Shown here piece after piece: positions 18,175 to 27,460 of a stretch of 64,000 nt of DNA. Below the pieces are notes generated by a model, which was not told where the DNA came from, did not search any database, and saw nothing but the letters and a program-made list of their open reading frames with translations. Made by a program: the position numbers and the translations under genes. The stretch spans positions 258,252-322,251 of the forward strand of contig CAYLMU010000001.1 of the NCBI GenBank assembly GCA_964385105.1. The letters run 5' to 3'. Positions within the stretch are counted from its first letter, which is position 1; every line of letters starts with the position of its first letter. Origin of the DNA: an uncultured Candidatus Saccharibacteria bacterium (GTDB taxonomy: Bacteria; Patescibacteriota; WWE3; UBA101185; UBA10185).

Positions 18175-20746
18175 TTTGCTACCTTTAATTACCAGATTTT
18201 TTGAATGGTATATGGTCTATATACCCAAAAGATTGTTCAAACTGGCTCGGGTTTTAATATCGCTAACAAATAACTCAATGGCCTTTACTCTTAATCTTCG
18301 ACTGTTTTTTACCCCTTTATACGGCGACTATACTTGGATAGGAAGATTTATGGGTTTTACGGTCAGAAGTTTTCAGGTAGTTTTTGGGATACTTTTTTTA
18401 CTTGTAACAACATCCCTGCTTTTATTGTTACCGGTATTCTGGTTTGCTGTTCCAATATTGTTGTTTTATGTGCATGAGAGTTTAGTTTTTGTTTTTTATA
18501 TTGCACTGGCAGCTTATTACTTTTCCACAAATAAAAACCGGCCGGCAAAACGTGTTTATGAGGTTAAAAACGATGATGTAAAGAAGAGTTTTAGACCGTT
18601 AGTTTTGGATTTTTATAATCAATCTATGAGGTCAGGTTCAATGCCCAAAAATCTATTAGCTGAAAAAGATATTGTTTTGCTTTTGAAAAAGTCTGAAATT
18701 TATACCGATGAATTTATGAATAAAGTGGTTGAGGTCAAAGCCGATTTTAATACACTGGATCAAGCTGCATACAAGTATGCCACTGAACACGATTCCAGAT
18801 ATGTTGAAGTGGAGCATTTATTTTTAGGGTTATTAAGTTTATTACCTAAACTCGATGTAACACTGGCAGCATACAATTCGTCATTTCATCTAATTGAAGA
18901 AACGGCCAAATGGATGACATTTGAAAAAGAAAGCTTAAAAAATGTTTATTTCTGGCAGGAAGATTATGAATTGCCTAAAATGGGCGGTATCGGTAGAGGG
19001 TTAACAGGAAGAGTAACTCCCCAGCTTGATTCTGTTTCGGAAGATTTTACCAAACAAGCTCAAAAAGGAATCATCCAAAATATTGTTGCCCATCAAGACA
19101 AAATAAGTGAGGTAATGGAATTGTTGAGCAGTTCCAATAAAAATCTATTGCTAATAGGGCCTCCGGGGTCGGGGAAAACTTCGGTTATTAAGGGTCTGGC
19201 GGAAAGAATTGTAAAAGGAACTGATGTTAAAGGCGTAAAGTTTAAGCGTGTAGTGAGCATCGATACGGCATCACTAATTGCAGGAAGTAAAACGGTTGGT
19301 GATATTGCTCAAAGGTTTAAAAATATAATGTCGGAAATTAAAGCATCAGGTGACGTGATATTGTTTTTTGATGAAATTCATAACCTGGTCGCCGGGGTAC
19401 AGGGCGATAACTCATCAACAATATTTTCAATATTAGAACCGCATTTAACCGAAGGACATATTCAGTTTATTGGTGCAACAAATCTTGAAAATTATAGAAA
19501 ATATCTTGAACCAAGCGGGTCGTTTTCGACTTTGTTTACTACAATAGAAATTCCTCCTGCGTCGGATGAAGATACATTTGGTGTGCTAAAAACCCAAGCA
19601 AAAAAATATGAAAAAGAATATGGCGTTTTTGTTACCTACCCGTCATTGAGAGAAATTATAGTACTTTCAAAAAAACTAATTCACGACCGGGTGTTTCCCG
19701 ACAAAGCACTGGATATTTTAAATAGAGTTTGTGTAACAGCTGCTAAAGGTACAAAAGTTGTTGACTCTGAAACTGTACGTAAAGTCGTATCTGATATAAC
19801 ACATGTTCCCGTTACGTCACTTTCAGAAGACGAATCTCAAAAATTGTTGAATATTGAAAATGAGATTAAGAGCAGAGTCTTAGGACAGGATCATGCAATT
19901 ATTCAAATATCAAAAGCTTTACAAAGAGCAAGAGTGGGAATTAGAAGTGAGGGAAAGCCAATTGCAAGCTTTTTGTTTGTTGGAACTACAGGGGTAGGTA
20001 AAACAGAAACAGCCAAAGCACTTGCTGAAAAGTATTTTGGAAGTGAAAAGAATATGGTGAGAATTGATATGAGCGAATATCAACAACAGGATAGCATAAA
20101 CAGATTAATCGGTGAGCCGGGAGGCCGCACAAAGGGTATACTTACCGAGGCAATCAGGTCAAATCCATATACTTTGATATTGCTTGATGAGATTGAAAAA
20201 GCATATTCAAATATTTTACTTACATTTTTACAAGTTTTAGATGACGGAAGATTAACCGATTCTTCTGGATTTACCGTGGATTTTTCAAATACGATAATTA
20301 TTGCAACCAGTAACGTTGGTACCAGATCGATTCAGGACGTTGTGCAAAGAGGCGGTACATTTGAAGAGATAAATGAGATAGCAATGAGGGATGTTCGAAG
20401 TCATTATGCCCCCGAGTTTCTAAACAGATTTACGGGAATTATTGTATTTAGACCTTTAACTGTAGATGTTGTGAAAAAAATAGCAGAACTTACACTCCAG
20501 AAGGTGCGAATAATGGCTGAGGCTAAAAGTATTAAAGTAAGTTTTAAACCTGAGCTTATAGATGAGCTTGTGAAACGAGGATACAATGTTGAATGGGGTG
20601 CAAGGCCTCTGCGAAGATTAATTGAAGATACAGTTGAGTCTCACTTGGCAATGAAGATATTATCAAAGGATTATATTCAAGGCGATGAAGTAGAAGTGGG
20701 GCTTGAGGTTTTTGAAGAGGAAAGAATACCCACAGCTTTGTTATAA
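18149..20746 (+). CDS. Clp/Hsp100-family two-ring AAA+ ATPase with an N-terminal transmembrane anchor (ClpC/ClpA-like, no obvious M-domain)
   Basis: ~130 aa hydrophobic N-terminus (2-3 TM); Clp_N-like repeat (VEHLFLGLLS); D1 Walker A GPPGSGKTS; D2 Walker A GTTGVGKTETAKALA plus sensor motifs. Confidence 0.8.
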   Translation: MCYYHRMSNLLPLITRFFEWYMVYIPKRLFKLARVLISLTNNSMAFTLNLRLFFTPLYGDYTWIGRFMGFTVRSFQVVFGILFLLVTTSLLLLLPVFWFAVPILLFYVHESLVFVFYIALAAYYFSTNKNRPAKRVYEVKNDDVKKSFRPLVLDFYNQSMRSGSMPKNLLAEKDIVLLLKKSEIYTDEFMNKVVEVKADFNTLDQAAYKYATEHDSRYVEVEHLFLGLLSLLPKLDVTLAAYNSSFHLIEETAKWMTFEKESLKNVYFWQEDYELPKMGGIGRGLTGRVTPQLDSVSEDFTKQAQKGIIQNIVAHQDKISEVMELLSSSNKNLLLIGPPGSGKTSVIKGLAERIVKGTDVKGVKFKRVVSIDTASLIAGSKTVGDIAQRFKNIMSEIKASGDVILFFDEIHNLVAGVQGDNSSTIFSILEPHLTEGHIQFIGATNLENYRKYLEPSGSFSTLFTTIEIPPASDEDTFGVLKTQAKKYEKEYGVFVTYPSLREIIVLSKKLIHDRVFPDKALDILNRVCVTAAKGTKVVDSETVRKVVSDITHVPVTSLSEDESQKLLNIENEIKSRVLGQDHAIIQISKALQRARVGIRSEGKPIASFLFVGTTGVGKTETAKALAEKYFGSEKNMVRIDMSEYQQQDSINRLIGEPGGRTKGILTEAIRSNPYTLILLDEIEKAYSNILLTFLQVLDDGRLTDSSGFTVDFSNTIIIATSNVGTRSIQDVVQRGGTFEEINEIAMRDVRSHYAPEFLNRFTGIIVFRPLTVDVVKKIAELTLQKVRIMAEAKSIKVSFKPELIDELVKRGYNVEWGARPLRRLIEDTVESHLAMKILSKDYIQGDEVEVGLEVFEEERIPTALL

Positions 20747-20756
20747 TACACAATGA

Positions 20757-21758
20757 ATGGAAGAAGCAAAATCCAGACTGGAACAACTAAAAAGTGATCT
20801 CTTTATTGACGAAAAGCGTCAAAAAATCTTACAACTTGAAGAGCGTTTGCAGGATGAATCAATTTGGAATGAATGGGAAGAAGGAAAACGTGTTTCTCAA
20901 GATTTGGCTGAGTTAAGGCGGGATATAGAAGATTATGAAATGCTTGAGTTAATGTTGGCGGAGGGTGATTTGGATGCGTTTAACAAGGAATTTAAAAAAG
21001 CTGAGGTTAAAGCATTTTTGTCGGGTAAACATGATAAGGACGATGCTATATTGTCTATTCATGCCGGACAGGGTGGTACCGAAGCAATGGACTGGGCTGA
21101 GATGCTTTGGCGAATGTATTCACGTTTTGCTGAGAAAAAAGGTTGGAAAGTATCTGTAATAGATTCAACACCCGGGGATGAGGCCGGTATAAAGAGTGTA
21201 ACCCTTGAAATAACCGGATTGTATGCTTATGGATTTTTGAAAAATGAGTCAGGTGTTCATCGACTTGTGAGGCAATCTCCGTTTAATGCAGATAATTTAA
21301 GGCAAACATCATTTGCACTTGTGGAAGTTGTTCCATTAATTGATGAAGATGTTGAGGTAGAAATAAAAGATGAAGATATAGAGTTTGAAGCATTCAGGTC
21401 GGGAGGGCATGGTGGTCAGAATGTTAATAAAGTGTCTACTGCGGTAAGAATTAAACATATTCCTACAGGTATTGTGGTTGAATGTCAGGAAGAGCGCCAT
21501 CAAGGTAAAAATCGTGAAAAAGCTATGAAAATTTTGAGATCGCGATTATATGCCCTTGAACTCAAAAAACTTGAAGAAGAAAAAAATAAATTAAAAGGCG
21601 AATATAAGACTCCGGGGTGGGGAAATCAGATTAGAAATTATGTATTGCACCCTTATAAATTAGTTAAGGATTTAAGAACTGAGGTAGAAAGCACTCAGCC
21701 TGAAGCTGTTTTAGATGGGGAACTTACAGAATTTATAGATGCCGAAATTAAACTTTAA
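20757..21758 (+). CDS. prfB: Peptide chain release factor 2 (no programmed frameshift; short N-terminus)
   Basis: SPF tripeptide-anticodon motif and GGQ motif; 333 aa. Confidence 0.85.
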   Translation: MEEAKSRLEQLKSDLFIDEKRQKILQLEERLQDESIWNEWEEGKRVSQDLAELRRDIEDYEMLELMLAEGDLDAFNKEFKKAEVKAFLSGKHDKDDAILSIHAGQGGTEAMDWAEMLWRMYSRFAEKKGWKVSVIDSTPGDEAGIKSVTLEITGLYAYGFLKNESGVHRLVRQSPFNADNLRQTSFALVEVVPLIDEDVEVEIKDEDIEFEAFRSGGHGGQNVNKVSTAVRIKHIPTGIVVECQEERHQGKNREKAMKILRSRLYALELKKLEEEKNKLKGEYKTPGWGNQIRNYVLHPYKLVKDLRTEVESTQPEAVLDGELTEFIDAEIKL

Positions 21759-21786
21759 CAAAACCGCTTATAGTATAGGTCATTAC

Positions 21787-21815
21787 TAGACAAAGTTTGT
21801 ACTCAATTATATAAT
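21787..21815 (+). promoter_or_regulatory. Sigma-70-like promoter (TAGACA - 17 nt - TATAAT) upstream of the DUF3048 gene
   Basis: Hexamers at 21787-21792 and 21810-21815 with a 17-nt spacer. Confidence 0.45.
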
Positions 21816-21826
21816 CAACTTATACT

Positions 21827-23020
21827 ATGGATTTACAAAATATGGCAAATGATCAGCAAAATAAACCCCCTGTAAACATGTATCCCGGACTAGGAATGCA
21901 AAAAGATATGCCAAATCACAAGAAGAAAAAAATATTAATAGGTGTAGGGTTAATAATAGCTTTATTGGTTGGTGGATTCGTATATTATCAAGTATCCATA
22001 CCTAATAATTCAAATGTTTTTAAGCCAATAGCAAATGGTTCGTCTGGAGGCGGTGAAAAAAATGTGGAGAATCCTTTGACAGGAGTCAAATATACTGAAG
22101 CCGAAGCACAGGCTTGGATTGAAAAAAGACCTCTTGCAGCAATGGTAAATAATTTTGTTGATGCACGGCCTCATTCAGGTTTGGTTGATGCGGATATTGT
22201 ATATGAGATTGTAGCTGAAGGTGGTATAACAAGGTTTTTAGCGTTCTTTTTATCTGAAACACCCGAAAAAATAGGGCCTATTAGAAGTACAAGACATTAT
22301 TATTTGGTTGTAGTTAAAGAGCTTGGCGATGCAATGCTTGCACATATCGGATGGTCACCTCAGGCACTTGAAGCAATTGAGACATGGCCGGTTAGAAGTT
22401 TAGCAAGAGGTGGAGCTCAGTTTTGGAGGGATCAGGCAAGGATTGATTCGGGAATTGCAATTGAACACACAGCCTATTATAACGGAAAAGAATTACGTCA
22501 GCTTGGAGATGAACTTGGCTGGGACGGAAAAGACCCTAATTTTAGACCATGGCTATTTAAAGACGACTCACCCGCTGACGCCACAAGTTCAGTGGTAGGT
22601 GAAAACACTCCAATTGAAATTGATTTTTGGTTTGAAGGTGATTACAGTGCAATTTGGAATTATGACCGTGCCACAAATTCATATTTACGATTTACCGGTT
22701 ATGATAGTGGAGGGAATCCTATTCCCCATACCGATTTAGAGACCGGTGAACAAGTTACAGTTAAAAACCTTATTGTTCAATTTGTAACGGAAAGTGCAAT
22801 AACCGGAGATGATAGTAGTAGGTTGGATTATCAGTTAATAGGCAGCGGAAGTGGCATAGTATTTATTGATGGTAAAGCAATTAGAGTAACCTGGGCAAAA
22901 GATTCAAGAGAAGGAAGAACTGTTTTTTATGATGAAAATGGCAAAGAAGTTGAATTTAATAGAGGCAAGTTTTGGATAAGTATTGTACCTGAGAGAAATC
23001 AAACACAGGTAACTTACTAG
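21827..23020 (+). CDS. Membrane-anchored DUF3048 (YerB-like) domain protein
   Basis: N-terminal TM; segments NPLTG, ARPHSGL, ADIVYEIVAEGGITRFLAFF resemble the DUF3048 family; I could not confirm this without a search. Confidence 0.45.
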   Translation: MDLQNMANDQQNKPPVNMYPGLGMQKDMPNHKKKKILIGVGLIIALLVGGFVYYQVSIPNNSNVFKPIANGSSGGGEKNVENPLTGVKYTEAEAQAWIEKRPLAAMVNNFVDARPHSGLVDADIVYEIVAEGGITRFLAFFLSETPEKIGPIRSTRHYYLVVVKELGDAMLAHIGWSPQALEAIETWPVRSLARGGAQFWRDQARIDSGIAIEHTAYYNGKELRQLGDELGWDGKDPNFRPWLFKDDSPADATSSVVGENTPIEIDFWFEGDYSAIWNYDRATNSYLRFTGYDSGGNPIPHTDLETGEQVTVKNLIVQFVTESAITGDDSSRLDYQLIGSGSGIVFIDGKAIRVTWAKDSREGRTVFYDENGKEVEFNRGKFWISIVPERNQTQVTY

Positions 23021-23024
23021 GGGT

Positions 23025-23606
23025 ATGCTGAAAAAGCTTTTTGTCTCGGAAGTGAGACTGAACATACTTAAGACGATGCTGCCCAACCCGGAAAAATCCT
23101 TACACGTACGAGGTATTGTAAGATTAGTGGGAACCGAGATTAATGCCGTTAGACGTGAATTAAGAAAACTCGAAGCTCTTGGATTGTTAAAAAAAAGAAA
23201 AAGCAGTAATAGAGTTTATTATACCGTTGACACATCATGCATTTTATATCCAGAATTACTTTCATTAATTACAAAAGAAGAAGGTTTAGGTGCTGAGATT
23301 ATAAAAAACAAAAAAGAACTTGGTGATGTGAAATTTGCTATCTTATCAAGAAGGTTTTCCAGAAATCTACCTGCGACACCGTTAGATGTGGATTTATTTG
23401 TTGTAGGAGCAGTAAATTTTGACCTGCTTGAATCACTAATAAAGAAGTATCAGGCGGAATTAAAGCGAGAAATAAACTATACAGTTATGGGCGAAGAAGA
23501 ATTTAAATTTAGAAAAAGAAAGAATGACCAGTTTGTTTCAAAAGTACTGGCACAAGGTAGAACAATGCTTATAGGTGATGAACATGAATTTTGGTCTATC
23601 CAGTAA
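23025..23606 (+). CDS. Winged-helix DNA-binding protein (ArsR/MarR-like N-terminal wHTH), hypothetical
   Basis: VRLNILKTML...HVRGIVRLVGTEINAVRRELRKLEALGLL wHTH pattern; the C-terminal half has no recognisable family. Confidence 0.4.
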   Translation: MLKKLFVSEVRLNILKTMLPNPEKSLHVRGIVRLVGTEINAVRRELRKLEALGLLKKRKSSNRVYYTVDTSCILYPELLSLITKEEGLGAEIIKNKKELGDVKFAILSRRFSRNLPATPLDVDLFVVGAVNFDLLESLIKKYQAELKREINYTVMGEEEFKFRKRKNDQFVSKVLAQGRTMLIGDEHEFWSIQ

Positions 23607-25036
23607 CAACTATGAGCAGTTTCTTTGGCAATGTATATTTTAAATTGGGATTAATTCTCGGTTTATTCGTTGTCTCATTATTAATTGTACTGCCAAAAAC
23701 ACCGATAAAAATTAAAAATGAGTATGTGAGTATTGATACATCAATTGGCGGATATTATTTGACTTCATCCGATGGAGCAAGAGTACTTGATCTGAGGGGT
23801 TTCAAAAAGGGTTTTGACATTGACGGAGGTTTAAATATAGTATTAAAAGCTGATATGTCAGAGGTTTCTGCTGAAGAAAGGCTTGGTGTTTTAGAAACAA
23901 CGCGTGAGGTTATTGAAAACAGAATCATAATGCTGGGTGTTAGAAATGCAAATGTAACAGCCGAAATTTTAAATGATGAATACCTTATATCTATAAATCT
24001 ACCGCGTTTGGAAAGTGAAAGTAGAGTAATTGAGGTAATAAGCCAAACTGCCCGAATAAATTTTATGGAACTAAAAGACGGTTTTGATTGGGATGAAAGC
24101 AAACGTGAAGAATATTATTCTAACAAGCAGGTTTGGCAGGTAACAGATGTTAACGGTGCAGATATTAAAAGTGCTGAAGTGGTTTTTTTGGATGAATCCG
24201 GTAACGAGCCGGGTGTTCAAATTGTGTTTACTGATGAAGGGCAAAATGAGTTTGAGGAATTAGCAAAAAATAATATCGGTTTGCCTGTTGCTGTCTTTTT
24301 TGATAATTCTGATTTTCCAATTTTTATGCCCATTGTTAGTGAAGAATTTGCCGAAGGTAGCGTAGTGAACCCCACCATAAGCGGTGACTTTAATTTGGAA
24401 ACAGCAAGTTCATTGAGTATACAAATAAATTCAGGGGCTCTTCCCGTGTCGATTAGTTTAGTTGAACAAAATAATGTTGATGCTCCATTTGAAGTTTTGC
24501 AGGGTAAAAACTTGTTTTATATTGGTTTTTCAATAATTTCTTTGTTATCGGCAATTTTAATATTTTTATACGGCCGACTTGGATTAACAGCAATAATTTC
24601 TTTTATTTTGTATGAGACTATGCTGCTTTCGTTTTTTAAGCTTCTGCCTATTGTAGTGACTGTTCCCAGCTTAGTGGGGTATTTGCTTGCTTCTATTATT
24701 GCATTATATTTTCTCATTTTATTTTCTGAAATTTACAAACAGGAGATTAAAGGTAATAAGCCAAAAAATCTTGCCGTTATTTCAGGATTCTTGCGATCCT
24801 GGAAGCCTACACGAGATTCTATATTGTTAATTTTGGTAATATCAGGATTTTTAATGTACATTGGTATTGATTATGTGCAAGGGTTTGCGACTGCATTATT
24901 CTTGGGCATGTTATTATCACTTATTTTTACACTTTTTATAAGTAAGACGCTTATTAAGGTAATGGGTATAAAAAAAGACTCACAAAACTCTAAGTTTAAG
25001 CGGTTATTTTTTTGGAGAAAGTATGCAAGTTCTTAA
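23591..25036 (+). CDS. secD: Protein translocase subunit SecD (start possibly ATG at 23612)
   Basis: N-terminal TM, periplasmic domain with LDLRGF..GFDIDGG and ETTREVIENRIIMLGV motifs, C-terminal 5-TM block ending GFATALFLGML. Confidence 0.8.
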   Translation: MVYPVTTMSSFFGNVYFKLGLILGLFVVSLLIVLPKTPIKIKNEYVSIDTSIGGYYLTSSDGARVLDLRGFKKGFDIDGGLNIVLKADMSEVSAEERLGVLETTREVIENRIIMLGVRNANVTAEILNDEYLISINLPRLESESRVIEVISQTARINFMELKDGFDWDESKREEYYSNKQVWQVTDVNGADIKSAEVVFLDESGNEPGVQIVFTDEGQNEFEELAKNNIGLPVAVFFDNSDFPIFMPIVSEEFAEGSVVNPTISGDFNLETASSLSIQINSGALPVSISLVEQNNVDAPFEVLQGKNLFYIGFSIISLLSAILIFLYGRLGLTAIISFILYETMLLSFFKLLPIVVTVPSLVGYLLASIIALYFLILFSEIYKQEIKGNKPKNLAVISGFLRSWKPTRDSILLILVISGFLMYIGIDYVQGFATALFLGMLLSLIFTLFISKTLIKVMGIKKDSQNSKFKRLFFWRKYASS

Positions 25037-25685
25037 ATATAGCTTTATATATGTAATTTTAGCTCTTTTTACATTTTTGTTGTGTGCCTATCTGTTGTTT
25101 GATACATTTACTAACCTACAACTAACTGCTCAAACAGCAGGTTATGCAAAAAGTTCCATATTTGTGGTAGTCTTTGCAGCTTTGCTTATTTTTGCTTATA
25201 TAACATTTATATTCAGAAATATCCCAAAACCTTATGTAAGTTACAAATTAGGTATAATTATTGTTTTTGCTTTGTTACATGATATGGCTTTAACTTTTAG
25301 TGCATATACAATTTCTCATAAAATTATTGACTTTTCTGCTCAAGGCTGGTTGTTGATTGCAATTTTGTCAGTATTGGTTTTTTCTATAATCGATAAAATT
25401 GTGGTTTTTAGCTTAATTGAAGAAAATTTAAAAGAGTATAGAAAAAAGAAACTTTTTGAGAATGTTAATAATTCATTAAATGAAGTACTTAAAAAGTCAT
25501 TTGTAATCTTACTGGCACTTTTAATTATTTTAATTGGATTTATGTTAGCGGGCGGGATAGAAATAAGGTATTTTATTTTAGTTATGGGCATTGGATTAAT
25601 CTCAGGGACTTATTCGACCTTATTTATTGCAGCACCATTGTTTGTCTTGTTGGAAAACCCAAAAAAAACACAAAGAAAGAAATAA
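25023..25685 (+). CDS. secF: Protein translocase subunit SecF (minimal, 220 aa)
   Basis: C-terminal GTYSTLFIAAPLFVLLE SecF signature; 6 TM; short periplasmic loop. Confidence 0.72.
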   Translation: MQVLKYSFIYVILALFTFLLCAYLLFDTFTNLQLTAQTAGYAKSSIFVVVFAALLIFAYITFIFRNIPKPYVSYKLGIIIVFALLHDMALTFSAYTISHKIIDFSAQGWLLIAILSVLVFSIIDKIVVFSLIEENLKEYRKKKLFENVNNSLNEVLKKSFVILLALLIILIGFMLAGGIEIRYFILVMGIGLISGTYSTLFIAAPLFVLLENPKKTQRKK

Positions 25686-25710
25686 ATTTGTATGGTATTC
25701 TTAGCACATA

Positions 25711-27366
25711 ATGCGCTGGAATATTTTGAATGTACATACAAAAGAAAAAGATTTACTAAACCTGCTTCTTGAAAATAGAGGAATTTTAACAGATGATGAA
25801 AAGAAAAGATTTTTAAATCCTCCGGCGGTTGAGTACTTTTTGAAAGAATTACCCGTTGAGTTTAAGCAAAGTTTAAAAAAAGCGCGCGAGCTGGTTTTAC
25901 AGGCCATAAACGACAATATTCCGATTATTATTCACGGGGATTATGACGCCGACGGTATATGTGCTACTGCCATAATATACAATACACTAACTGATGAATT
26001 AAATTACAATAAGACGAGCGCTTTTATTCCAAACAGGTTTGAGCATGGTTACGGACTTTCAGAAGCGTCGATTAAAAATGCATTAGAGAAATTAAAAAGT
26101 GAAGTAGGTGACTTTGAAAAAGTGTTATTCATAACAGTTGATAGCGGAATTACAGCTGTAAAAGAAGTGGAATATATAAAGTCGCTTGGCCATTTGGTTA
26201 TTATTACCGATCATCACCAAAAACCGGAAAAATTACCTGATGCTGACTGCATTGTATGGAATGACGCGGTGGTAGGGTCTACAATTTCATGGCTTTTGAG
26301 TAAGGTTTTGGGCTCAAAGAATAAGCAGGATATAGCACTTGCAGGTCTTGCTACCGTTACAGACGTACAACTTCTAACCGGTTTTAACCGAACTCTTGTT
26401 AAAAACGCACTTGAAGTGTTAAACACCAATCCTCCGCATGGAATAAAAAAACTCATAGACATTTCAGGAAAGTCAAACGGTGAGATTACTACATATGACC
26501 TTGGCTGGGTAATTGGGCCAAGACTAAATGCAGCAGGTCGAATTGAAGATGCTCATCATTCGTTGACGCTACTTGTTGAGAAGAATTTAAATGAAATTGA
26601 ATCCTCAGCACGAAAACTTCATGCAATCAATCAAAACAGACAAGATGTGACGTTGGAAATGTTTGAGTTAGCAGCCGGAATAAATGACGCCAATATGCCA
26701 AAAGTTCTAATTTCCCATGACGAGAAATACCATGAAGGTATAATTGGGCTTGTTGCATCAAGACTTGTACAAAAGTATTATCGACCTTCTATTGTTATGA
26801 GTGTTGAAGACGGGTATGCAAAAGGTTCTGTTAGATCTGTTTCAGGAATCGACATAATTTCGATGTTGCAAAAGTTTAGTGATTTGTTTGTAAATGTTGG
26901 TGGTCATCCAATGGCTGCCGGGTTTACAATTGATTTAAAAAATTTAGATGTGTTTAAAGAAAAATTCACTCTTTTTTGTAACGAAGAAATTGATGAAACT
27001 TTACTCGTACCCGTACTCGATGTTGACGCGGAATTTACCGATGGATTACCATCATTAACTGAAGTTGAAAACCTGGATAAATTAAAACCTTTTGGAATTG
27101 GTAATAATGAACCTAAATTTCTAAGTAAAGGTATGGGAATTACCCAAACGAATTGGGTAGGAGGCAACAAACAGCACTTATCTCTTAAATTTTATAAAGA
27201 TAACGAATATTACAAAGCAATATACTTTAATGCCTTTGATAAACCTGAAAACTTTGACCTGAAGCTTGGAGACGTTGTGGATGTTGTATATAAACTCAAA
27301 AAAGATTCATATAACGGAAATGACAACTTAAACCTTATAGTTGTTGACTTAAAAAAACGTGAATGA
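25711..27366 (+). CDS. recJ: Single-stranded-DNA-specific exonuclease RecJ
   Basis: DHH motifs (IIHGDYDADGI, ITDHHQ), DHHA1 domain GGHPMAAG, C-terminal OB-fold region. Confidence 0.85.
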   Translation: MRWNILNVHTKEKDLLNLLLENRGILTDDEKKRFLNPPAVEYFLKELPVEFKQSLKKARELVLQAINDNIPIIIHGDYDADGICATAIIYNTLTDELNYNKTSAFIPNRFEHGYGLSEASIKNALEKLKSEVGDFEKVLFITVDSGITAVKEVEYIKSLGHLVIITDHHQKPEKLPDADCIVWNDAVVGSTISWLLSKVLGSKNKQDIALAGLATVTDVQLLTGFNRTLVKNALEVLNTNPPHGIKKLIDISGKSNGEITTYDLGWVIGPRLNAAGRIEDAHHSLTLLVEKNLNEIESSARKLHAINQNRQDVTLEMFELAAGINDANMPKVLISHDEKYHEGIIGLVASRLVQKYYRPSIVMSVEDGYAKGSVRSVSGIDIISMLQKFSDLFVNVGGHPMAAGFTIDLKNLDVFKEKFTLFCNEEIDETLLVPVLDVDAEFTDGLPSLTEVENLDKLKPFGIGNNEPKFLSKGMGITQTNWVGGNKQHLSLKFYKDNEYYKAIYFNAFDKPENFDLKLGDVVDVVYKLKKDSYNGNDNLNLIVVDLKKRE

Positions 27367-27388
27367 TAATCTGAATTAATGTAAAAGA

Positions 27389-27443
27389 CCAGGTGGCACA
27401 GTCCACCGTCAGGACCCTGGCGTTTTGTGCCGGGTTTTTTTTG
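27389..27443 (+). terminator. GC-rich compound hairpin followed by T8 tract; likely intrinsic terminator of recJ, possibly a leader element for aspS
   Basis: Alternative pairings CCAGG/CCTGG, GGTGG/CCACC and GGCAC/GTGCC followed by GGGTTTTTTTT; a local GC island in an AT-rich genome. Confidence 0.45.
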
Positions 27444-27460
27444 TTTTAAGGAGGCATTTT

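Noticed and set aside
20753-20800. Possible prfB programmed +1 frameshift site
   Set aside because: There is no CTT TGA C motif. The main ORF has its own ATG, and the upstream frame has a TGA stop immediately before it. The overlapping 14-codon ORF is incidental.
20965-22598. Internal same-strand ORFs in alternative frames (20965-21159 inside prfB; 22410-22598 inside the DUF3048 gene; 8617-8799 inside rplO; 54054-54317 inside the Wzx gene)
   Set aside because: Each is fully nested within a longer ORF that carries recognisable conserved motifs. They are frame artefacts.
27389-27432. Resemblance of ACCAGG...CAGGACC...GTGCCGGG to the small SRP (4.5S) RNA
   Set aside because: It is too short (~45 nt) and lacks the conserved domain IV GGAA/AGCAGCC loop. 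It is more simply explained as a terminator or leader hairpin.
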